A stretch of 64,000 nt of DNA, taken from positions 1 through 64,000 of the IMG/VR virus record IMGVR_UViG_3300043444_000257; one strand, given 5' to 3'. Position numbers and translations under genes: made by a program. This stretch comes from a virus. The notes under the pieces are model-generated. The model ran no database searches, was not told where the DNA came from, and saw only the letters and a program-made list of their open reading frames with translations. Below are positions 30,560-37,996 of the stretch, piece by piece. The stretch's first letter is position 1, and every line of letters begins with the position of its first letter.

Positions 30560-31030
30560 TTTTTGGCTAGCGCAGGCCTAAGTTCGTGCGCTCTAAACCT
30601 GGTCAATCGTGGTCACAGGGACGGAATTCCATGCCGCAATGGTGCTCAACTACTACCCATTTATGGATGAAGATCGCTTAAAACCTGCGATTTAGTTGTT
30701 TGAAAAGGATTTGTAAAGGTAAAATGAGGGGAGAAAAACCCCACGTCTGCAATAATGATAGCGTATTATTGTAGGCCGCCGTTGTATAAAGACGGAGCTC
30801 GAGGTATCGGACAACCGCCTCTGTAATGCTCTAACGCTGTGTGACATGATTCGACTCGGATAATGTTTTTTCTTTGCCCGGCAACGGGCAAAGTGTGACT
30901 GAAACGATCTGGATAATGCTAAACTTTGCGCTTCGCGCAAAAAAATTATTTCATGCATCTATGAAATAATTAAAAGAAAAGGAATAATGCGCTGAGCGTA
31001 AGCGAAAGCGCAAAAGAGCTTTAGCTCTTT
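30560..31030 (+). ncRNA. Candidate large structured non-coding RNA (family not recognised)
   Basis: Largest non-coding gap in the window, with about ten stems, G-U pairs that favour the + strand, a GCAA tetraloop and a terminator-like hairpin at 31013-31030. Confidence 0.55.
31013..31030 (+). terminator. Putative intrinsic terminator hairpin AAAGAGC-TTTA-GCTCTTT
   Basis: 7-bp inverted repeat ending in a T-rich tract, immediately before the next late promoter. Confidence 0.45.
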
Positions 31031-31035
31031 CTTCC

Positions 31036-31043
31036 GATAAATA
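31036..31043 (+). promoter_or_regulatory. Late promoter core (GATAAATA)
   Basis: TAAATA core 28 nt upstream of the ATG at 31072. Confidence 0.6.
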
Positions 31044-31071
31044 AACTATAATTCTTTGGATTAATGACTAA

Positions 31072-32565
31072 ATGCGAATTACCCAAGTTCAAAACTCTTA
31101 TCTCTACGAAGGCCTAGATCGCTCGACATCAAATTCTATGATGTTATGGGAAAGTGCGGGTTTCAAGTTACGTGAAGCAGCACTGACAGCCGATCAAATA
31201 CAACAGATATTCCAATCCGTAGAGCAGGGTGCTACTGATGCTGGCAGTAATCGCACATTATTGGGCAAAGGCAAAGATGCCGCTTCGGCAGTTAACAAAG
31301 CCTGGGAAGATCTAAAGACAAAAATTCAAGACAGTGGTCCTATCAAAGCCGTAGATCAAAAGTATGACGACGTTGTAGCTAAGATCGAAAAAGGACTAGG
31401 TGGTCCAGATAACGCTATCAATAAAATAATCCAATCATATCGTAAGTTTGCCAAAGAGCATCCTATCGCACAGGGTTTCATTTACTCTGCATTGATCGCT
31501 GCTGCTGGTATTTCAGGCGCAGGACTTGGTGGTGCAGCGGTATTAGGTCTGCTGAAGATGACAGACAAACTGTTGCAAGGTGAAAAGTTTTCGTCTGCAG
31601 CCTATTCAGGCGCCAAAACTGGTGCAATGGCCTTTGCTGCTTCCAAGCTAGGTGACTTAATCAAAGGCGTTAAACCTGGTGAACAGGTTCCTGAACCCGA
31701 TCCGGGCTCAGTCGCTTGGGAAAAAAGAGATTTTGAAAACTACGATTACTACATGCATCCTAACAACGGCACTGTGGTCCAAGTGCCAAAAGGTATGGGT
31801 TCACCGTTTGATTCTAGCACAGCCGCAGGACAGGCCAGAGATCAATTAATAGCAGCAAACAATGCCGCTGGATCAGGAGCGAAGTCTGCACTGAAAGATC
31901 TAGCCACTGACCCAAATCTAAGTCCTATACAACAAAAGTTAGCCGCTGACCTTGCCGCAGGAAAAAATGTGCAGGGTGCAGATGAATTTATTAGAAAGGC
32001 CATAGCCGGTGCTGCTAAACGTCAATCTATGATCGGTGATAATCCAGATGGTTCGGCAGGCGAAGCCATGCGCCAGTTCATGTCTTTACAAAGATTGCAG
32101 CAGGCAGCAATGGGCGACAGCATTATACGCACAGGGAAGAAACTGTCTGAAGGTCAAGTCTATATGATCTTCAATCGTGTCATCCGTAAAGAACTCACAG
32201 AAGGACCTATGGACGCGATCAAAGGAGCTGCTGGCAAAGCCGCTGGTTGGTTAGCGACCAAAGGCAAGAACTTAACTACTAAAATTACCGCAGACAAATT
32301 AAATTCTGCTTGGCAGAACGCAGGATCACCATCTGACCCTGATGATTTACATAATGTTATCACTGGAACCGGAGTTGCTCCTGACCTAGTCGATGCGGTC
32401 TACAAAGATTTAGGAATCTCTAGTGCTGTTCAGCCCGCGCCTGACGAAGAAAAAGCCAAAAGCAAGACCGACTATGCGTCAATCAAAGAATTAGTATTAA
32501 AATTAGATAAAAAAGGTAAACAGCGCATCGCTGCTTATCTGCAAAAACAACTAGGAACCGCTTGA
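31072..32565 (+). CDS. Hypothetical Ala/Gly-rich virion (probable internal/ejected) protein
   Basis: 497 aa late-expressed ORF with a hydrophobic Gly-rich segment (FIYSALIAAAGISGAGLGGAAVLGLL) and L-x-E sites; shares an LDKKGKQRI motif with the next gene. Confidence 0.55.
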   Translation: MRITQVQNSYLYEGLDRSTSNSMMLWESAGFKLREAALTADQIQQIFQSVEQGATDAGSNRTLLGKGKDAASAVNKAWEDLKTKIQDSGPIKAVDQKYDDVVAKIEKGLGGPDNAINKIIQSYRKFAKEHPIAQGFIYSALIAAAGISGAGLGGAAVLGLLKMTDKLLQGEKFSSAAYSGAKTGAMAFAASKLGDLIKGVKPGEQVPEPDPGSVAWEKRDFENYDYYMHPNNGTVVQVPKGMGSPFDSSTAAGQARDQLIAANNAAGSGAKSALKDLATDPNLSPIQQKLAADLAAGKNVQGADEFIRKAIAGAAKRQSMIGDNPDGSAGEAMRQFMSLQRLQQAAMGDSIIRTGKKLSEGQVYMIFNRVIRKELTEGPMDAIKGAAGKAAGWLATKGKNLTTKITADKLNSAWQNAGSPSDPDDLHNVITGTGVAPDLVDAVYKDLGISSAVQPAPDEEKAKSKTDYASIKELVLKLDKKGKQRIAAYLQKQLGTA

Positions 32566-32566
32566 T

Positions 32567-33664
32567 ATGAGAATAAATGAACTAATCACAGAAAGTCAAC
32601 AGCTAGACGAAGGACCATTGGCCAACAAGATCGGCTCAGCAGTAGGCAAAGGTGTAGGCACACTGGCCAAAGGCGTGGGCGCCGTAGCCGGAGGTGTAGC
32701 AGGTCTAGGTGCTGCGGTTAAGAAAGGTTTTGCCGCAGGTAAGAAAACAGTGGCAGGTGCTGGAGACGATGACAGCGGTTCTGCCACAGCTCAAGCAGCG
32801 CCAGGTAGCACCACAGGCGAACCTGCACAACCAGCACCTACAGGCGGAGCAGCAGGAGCAGATGCTCAAAGCGGAGCCGCTACCGACACAGGAGCAGCAC
32901 CAGCAGGTGGCAAGAAGCCAGGTTTTGTAGCAGGTCTCAAAGCAGGACTAGCAGGTAAAAAAGGACAGCCCGCCGCTGAACCAGCTGCTGGAGGAGCAGC
33001 ACCAGCAGCAGCACCCGCAGGCGGTAGCGCAGCCGCACCAGCAGCAGGAGCCGAAGAAGAGCCCGCAGCAGCCGCAGCACCAACTGCACAAGATATTAAT
33101 GCACAAGGTCCTGCAGGAACTGCACCCGCAAAACAACAGACAGGAGCAGCAGCACAGGCTATACAAAAAACTGCACAGGCCACACAAGATGCTGGCACAG
33201 AAAAAGCCGGACAGACAGTTTACGCTCAGGTTAAATCACAGATTAACAATCTAGATAAAAAAGGTAAACAACGTATCCTACAACTGCTACAGAAAAGTCT
33301 AACACAACCAGATCCTAAAGCAGCCAAAGCAGGTGCAGCACCAGCAGCAGGCGCTCAACCAGCGGCTCAACCGGCAGCGGAACCAGCTGCTCAGGCAGCA
33401 CCAGCAGCAGCACCTGCAGCTCAAGCAGCACCTGCTGCTGAACCAGCGGCTCCTAAGAAGAAAGGTCGAGCTAAGAAAGCCGCAGCACCAACACAGGCAG
33501 AAATTGATGCTGACCGCGAACGCATTATGGGTGTGACATCTGATTCAAAGATTAACGCAGGAAATCCGTTAGCTGAAGCGTTGGCTGCTAAAGTTGAACA
33601 ACACAAACGTCAAATGTTTGAACAGAGTTTGCGCAAAGGCGAATTTAAAATTTTTACAAAATGA
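32567..33664 (+). CDS. Ala/Pro-rich low-complexity virion protein, probable internal head protein
   Basis: MRINELITESQQLDEG N-terminus resembles prohead-protease-processed leaders; long PAA-type repeats; LDKKGKQRI motif. Confidence 0.55.
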   Translation: MRINELITESQQLDEGPLANKIGSAVGKGVGTLAKGVGAVAGGVAGLGAAVKKGFAAGKKTVAGAGDDDSGSATAQAAPGSTTGEPAQPAPTGGAAGADAQSGAATDTGAAPAGGKKPGFVAGLKAGLAGKKGQPAAEPAAGGAAPAAAPAGGSAAAPAAGAEEEPAAAAAPTAQDINAQGPAGTAPAKQQTGAAAQAIQKTAQATQDAGTEKAGQTVYAQVKSQINNLDKKGKQRILQLLQKSLTQPDPKAAKAGAAPAAGAQPAAQPAAEPAAQAAPAAAPAAQAAPAAEPAAPKKKGRAKKAAAPTQAEIDADRERIMGVTSDSKINAGNPLAEALAAKVEQHKRQMFEQSLRKGEFKIFTK

Positions 33665-34077
33665 AAATCAATGAAATAGTTGTAGAAAGTGATGTCGGTG
33701 ACATTGCCAATCTCAGTGCTAAGAATGTTGGCTCTGGTTACGACGCTGTCAACAAATTATTTTCGCCTTCACAATGGTTTAAAGGCAGTGTAAAAACTGA
33801 CGACGAACCAGCTGTTCAAAAAACCAGTCCTAAAACAATCAAACCTTCGTCGACACAGCATCTAGAAAGAGAAGCTGTGATTGACGCTAGTCAAGGTAAA
33901 GAATTATTTAGAAACGATCTAGCACAGATTAAAACTGTCTATGGAAAAATTAAGTCTGGAGATATTGCTGTAAATGATTCTAACAATACTATGTTAGCTC
34001 TTAAAGCAGTGATTAAAGGCCAACCTCTAGACGATCAACAAAAAGTGTTATTAGCCCAGCTAGCCAAACAACTTTAA
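33661..34077 (+). CDS. Hypothetical protein, probable internal head protein
   Basis: MKINEIVVESD N-terminus similar to the preceding gene; ATGA-like coupling with the upstream stop (AATGA region 33660-33664). Confidence 0.55.
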   Translation: MKINEIVVESDVGDIANLSAKNVGSGYDAVNKLFSPSQWFKGSVKTDDEPAVQKTSPKTIKPSSTQHLEREAVIDASQGKELFRNDLAQIKTVYGKIKSGDIAVNDSNNTMLALKAVIKGQPLDDQQKVLLAQLAKQL

Positions 34078-34277
34078 AAGAAAGGTAGTCCTGTCTTTTT
34101 AGTTGTTTCGAGATTTTCTTTTATAATTTCACCAACGATTTCTCGTTCTTCCCAACTTAGGCTCATGCCTTCGCTGTAAGAAAGACCCCTCATATACCAA
34201 CATAGTTTGAGAACTTCTTTCTTTACAGCCCTAACGTCTTTGTCCATTTTCTTAGACAAGTCCATGATCTCAGGCAA
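34074..34277 (-). CDS. gp51-like baseplate hub/tail assembly protein, possibly made as a -1 frameshift extension of the upstream gene
   Basis: L.WYMRGLSYSE.M.LSWEEREI...IIKEN resembles short gp51-like proteins of T4-like phages; weak TTG start; frame stays open back to a slippery site at 34301-34310. Confidence 0.65.
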   Translation of the reverse strand: MPEIMDLSKKMDKDVRAVKKEVLKLCWYMRGLSYSEGMSLSWEEREIVGEIIKENLETTKKTGLPFF

Positions 34278-34285
34278 GGGCAGGC

Positions 34286-35152
34286 TTAAGATCTGGCGGC
34301 GAAAAAATTTGATTGGTCCATAGTCACAGGAAGGTCAAACTGTTGATGACATTCCTCGCACTCTGCATTCTGGACTTTCATTTCCATTTGTTCTTTCACA
34401 CCAGCTACATGTTTAGAAATTTTATCAAATATGTCTTTAGAACAGTTATTGATAAACTCTTTGATCATAGGTTTGTCAGTAACTTCACCATCGGGCGTAG
34501 AAATTTTAGCAATACAATCGCCGATGACATCAACAGTGAGTTCTGTTAGCTTAACAAAACTCTTGCCAAAGCGATCCATTTTTTCTTCATCGCTCATATC
34601 TTCGTCATTAATGATATTAAAAATACGCTGTTGTTCTAGAGTCTTTATTGAAGTCTTGGTGATCTCTTGATAAGTGTAAGGTCTTACATGAACTGTTAAA
34701 GGATCTACTGGAATTTCGCTAGTATATGTAAAATTGGCAAACACGTTTAACCAAAGATTAAGGTCGATGTCATAACTGTTTTCGTGATTGCAATGAGGAC
34801 AGTTAGCACCCACTTCCATTTTTTCTCCGTAGGTAGCGATTCGAATCGCGATCAACACGAAGTCTAGATCGATACTAGGCATCTTCCAAGGATCTAAGAT
34901 AGCTGGAAAACAGCTCTTGATAACTTCTACAGTGCTTTGACCAGATAATAATGCATCGGGAGTTTTGAACATTAGTTCATCTTTAGCGGTCATAGCATAC
35001 ACAGGATACTCTCCTGTAGTGCTGACATCTAGTGTTCCCGGAGGATAAAACTCTCCATTTGACGGAAGTTTAACGTAGATCTTTGGTTGTCTGAACCAAC
35101 CAGCTAGGGGATTTTTTTTCGCTCCTGATTGCTGATTTAACAATTCACTCAT
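34286..35152 (-). CDS. gp26: Baseplate hub assembly protein, T4 gp26-like
   Basis: Y.KLPS.G.FY, M.AKDEL, D.DFVLIAIR.ATYGE, CPHC and CEEC pairs, ending in NFF. Start moved to ATG 35152 (MSELL), which has GGAG upstream. Confidence 0.75.
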   Translation of the reverse strand: MSELLNQQSGAKKNPLAGWFRQPKIYVKLPSNGEFYPPGTLDVSTTGEYPVYAMTAKDELMFKTPDALLSGQSTVEVIKSCFPAILDPWKMPSIDLDFVLIAIRIATYGEKMEVGANCPHCNHENSYDIDLNLWLNVFANFTYTSEIPVDPLTVHVRPYTYQEITKTSIKTLEQQRIFNIINDEDMSDEEKMDRFGKSFVKLTELTVDVIGDCIAKISTPDGEVTDKPMIKEFINNCSKDIFDKISKHVAGVKEQMEMKVQNAECEECHQQFDLPVTMDQSNFFAARS

Positions 35153-35161
35153 TTTTTCTCC

Positions 35162-35191
35162 AATAAATACAATTAGCGTCTTGTATTTATA
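35162..35191. promoter_or_regulatory. Pair of face-to-face late promoters forming a 10-bp inverted repeat
   Basis: AATAAATA on + at 35162-35169 and TATAAATA on - at 35184-35191; ATAAATACAA-N8-TTGTATTTAT. Confidence 0.65.
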
Positions 35192-35220
35192 TACGCATTT
35201 TTCTGGGGAAAAAATAAAAT

Positions 35221-37983
35221 ATGGCCGGTGTAATGATTGATATTCCAGGTATTGGTAACGTAGAAGCCAAAAATGCGGCCACAGAATCAACTCTCAGAGA
35301 GATACTAAAAGCGATCGAGGGTGGCGCCGGTGGCGGCTATAAAAAAGGTGGTAAGCCCGGCACCGAAGAAAAGAATAAAGGTAAAGACACCGGCGGTGGC
35401 GGTGGCAAAGAAGGCGGAGGGGGAGGTAAATCTGCTCCTAGCATGTTTGGTCTTGGGAAAGCAGTTGGTGCAGCTATAAGACCAATACAACAAGTCACTG
35501 GCGGATTTATGGCGCTAGGAGAACAGAGCGCGAACTTAATACAAAAATTTGCCAATGTTGGAGATAGTTTCAGCGGAGCTGCTTCAGTATTTTCAGGTAT
35601 TCCTGTTTTAGGCACAGTTTTTGCAGCCGTAGCTGCTGCCGCAGATAAAACACTAGCATCATATCAATCAGCTACAGCTGGTGGTGCTACATTTGGAGGT
35701 AGCATGAATGCCTTTGCCGGAGCTGCTAGTGCAGCCGGTATGACCATGGACAAATTTGGTGCTCTGATAGCACAGAACAGTGAAGCACTGATGACATTGG
35801 GTGGAACTACTGAAGCAGGTGCTAAACGATTTGCTGCTCTTGGAAAAGAAATTAGAAATAGTGGAGTTGGTGCTCAATTATATGGTCTTGGTATGACTAC
35901 TGAACAGGTCAACCAAGGTATGGCAAACTATATTAAAATGTATGGAGCCAACGGAGCTTTACAAAATAAATCAACGAAAGAACTAGCTGCCGGTGCAGGA
36001 AATTATCTGAAAGAATTAGATGCGCTGGCAAAAATTACTGGACAGAATAGAGCAGAAATACAAAAAGAACAAGAAGCAAGGATGAAAGACTCGCAGTTCC
36101 GTGCGGCTATTGCGAACCTCGATGCCGACCAACAAAAAATGATGAATAACTTCATCAGTCAGTTTCCTAAAGAACAACAAGAAGCTGTTAAGGATATGAT
36201 CGCCACAGGAAACATAACTTCTGATGCAGCTATATTATTCAACCAGCAAATGGGCGGAACTGCACAAGAAGTTATGAACATGGGTAACATTATCAAAGGT
36301 GGAGGAAAACTTACCCAACAACAATATGATAATGCTTACAAAGGAGCAATCAGAGAAGCTAAAGTAGCTGCTCAGTCAGACGAAGCAAGAACACAGGCTT
36401 TATATAACAGCCAGCAGTTTGGAAATACCTATATTGGTCTCGCAGAATTAGCCAAGCGTGATATCAACGGAAAAGAAAAAGCCTTAACAGAACAAGAAAA
36501 AGCAGCACAGGCTCAAGCGGCAGCACAGGAAAAAGCTAAACAAGCCCTTGCAGCATTTAGTAACGATTTTCAAATGGCACTGGCTAATAGTGGAATACTT
36601 AAGCTATTAATGGACGCATTTAAACTTGCAGCTGACCTTGTTATGGACTGGGTAGTTCCTGCGTTCCATATATTTTCTGCGGTGATAACAGAAGTCGGAA
36701 CCTTCTTGATCACTAATTTAAAACCAGTGTTTGAAACCGTATCATCATTTATCAAAGATACGTTATATCCTATATTCCTTGATCTTGCAGCGATAATTGT
36801 AGTAGACGTATGGCCAGCTTTACAAGCAGTAGGAGATATCATTCAAACTTACGTATGGCCTGCCTTACAGACCATAGGCGGTGTGATAATGGATTATGTA
36901 TATCCGGTGTTTGAAACTATGTATACCTTTATCGCTGATAACTTACAACCTATATTATTAGCTTTAGGCACAGCCCTAGTAGCCTATGCAGGTTATGTGA
37001 CCATCATGAATGGTTTAGAACTAATTCGAAACGGATTATTAATTGCATCTAGCTTAGGCCTAGGAGGATTAGCCACCGCGGCTTGGGCAGCGGCTGCACC
37101 TATACTAGCTGTCGTGGCTCCTGTTGTAGCTCTGATAGGATTATTTGTCTACCTATACAAAAACGGATGGACGCTGAGCACAGCATTCGAAGCCATTAAA
37201 GATAATATAGAACGTTTTGGTATGAGTTTCATGGAAATGTTGGATTTTATTAGAAATAAATTACCCAATGATTGGGGTGGAATTTCTGATGAAGAAAAGA
37301 AATTAAGAGATGCAGAACGAGAAAAACGTAGAAAAGAACTAGACGAAAAAGAAAAAGACAGAGACAAAGCAAGAGCAGCCAAAGCCGAGGAACGATCATC
37401 GGAAAATAAAGCACAACAAAGAAAAGCTGCTGCTGCGAAAATTGATCAAAAGATTATAGATCTTAAGAATCAAGGCGCTGGAGGACTAGGTGCTGCTAAT
37501 GCTAGAGAACAAAAAGCTAGAGATAAAGCCGCCGAATTAAAAGAACAAGAACTTAATCTTGAAGATCCAACACAGATGTTGCTTGGATATGCTCAACAAC
37601 AAAAGAGTGCATTTATTAAAAATGCAGAAGGCAAAGCCGGAGACAAATCAGCTACAAAACCAAGTGCAGTTATTAAAAATCCAGAAAGTGCCGCTACTGC
37701 TGGAGCAGAAGGAACTAAAAAAGCCATAGAAGCTAGAGCTGAAGAAAAAGCCAAAGCTGAAGAAAAAGCCAAAGCTGACGCTGCTGCAAAGAAGGAAGCA
37801 GAAGATAAAGCCAAAGGAAAAGGTCCTGCACCAGCTACTCAAGAATCGGCCGAAACCTTGTTGGCTAGCTTAAATACTAAGATGGATCAACTTATAAAAA
37901 TCAATAAAGGTGTTCACGAAGTCAACGAGAAACAGCTCACTGTTCAACAGAGCTTTTCGGGCGATGTATACGCTGCTGTCTAA
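35221..37983 (+). CDS. Tape-measure-like protein (T4 gp29 analogue)
   Basis: 920 aa, Ala/Gly-rich helical, periodic W/P repeats (DWVVPAF, DVWPALQ, YVWPALQ, YVYPVFE), hydrophobic segments; adjacent to the gp26/gp51-like genes. Confidence 0.7.
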   Translation: MAGVMIDIPGIGNVEAKNAATESTLREILKAIEGGAGGGYKKGGKPGTEEKNKGKDTGGGGGKEGGGGGKSAPSMFGLGKAVGAAIRPIQQVTGGFMALGEQSANLIQKFANVGDSFSGAASVFSGIPVLGTVFAAVAAAADKTLASYQSATAGGATFGGSMNAFAGAASAAGMTMDKFGALIAQNSEALMTLGGTTEAGAKRFAALGKEIRNSGVGAQLYGLGMTTEQVNQGMANYIKMYGANGALQNKSTKELAAGAGNYLKELDALAKITGQNRAEIQKEQEARMKDSQFRAAIANLDADQQKMMNNFISQFPKEQQEAVKDMIATGNITSDAAILFNQQMGGTAQEVMNMGNIIKGGGKLTQQQYDNAYKGAIREAKVAAQSDEARTQALYNSQQFGNTYIGLAELAKRDINGKEKALTEQEKAAQAQAAAQEKAKQALAAFSNDFQMALANSGILKLLMDAFKLAADLVMDWVVPAFHIFSAVITEVGTFLITNLKPVFETVSSFIKDTLYPIFLDLAAIIVVDVWPALQAVGDIIQTYVWPALQTIGGVIMDYVYPVFETMYTFIADNLQPILLALGTALVAYAGYVTIMNGLELIRNGLLIASSLGLGGLATAAWAAAAPILAVVAPVVALIGLFVYLYKNGWTLSTAFEAIKDNIERFGMSFMEMLDFIRNKLPNDWGGISDEEKKLRDAEREKRRKELDEKEKDRDKARAAKAEERSSENKAQQRKAAAAKIDQKIIDLKNQGAGGLGAANAREQKARDKAAELKEQELNLEDPTQMLLGYAQQQKSAFIKNAEGKAGDKSATKPSAVIKNPESAATAGAEGTKKAIEARAEEKAKAEEKAKADAAAKKEAEDKAKGKGPAPATQESAETLLASLNTKMDQLIKINKGVHEVNEKQLTVQQSFSGDVYAAV

Positions 37984-37996
37984 GTGATAATTCATA

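Noticed and set aside
30839-30942. CRISPR mini-array
   Set aside because: Only two degenerate units, no spacer-length unique sequences and no cas genes.
30692-30958. 88-aa minus-strand ORF in the non-coding gap
   Set aside because: No ribosome-binding site or promoter, atypical composition, opposite to the flanking genes; dense base-pairing explains the region better.
30554-31035. Group I intron, tmRNA or RNase P identity for the structured region
   Set aside because: It does not interrupt a gene, and I could not find P7-type intron core sequences, a tRNA-like acceptor/CCA end or RNase P P4 motifs; GATTCGAC alone is too short.
32596-33606. Multiple overlapping ORFs, including a Cys-rich one, in the Ala/Pro-rich gene
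   Set aside because: Shadow frames produced by GCA/CCA low-complexity codons.
35153-35290. Longer N-terminus given by the ORF track for the gp26-like gene (likewise the starts at 25069, 39597, 40614 and 44454)
   Set aside because: These extensions overlap neighbouring genes, promoters or terminators; downstream ATGs have better ribosome-binding site or promoter context.
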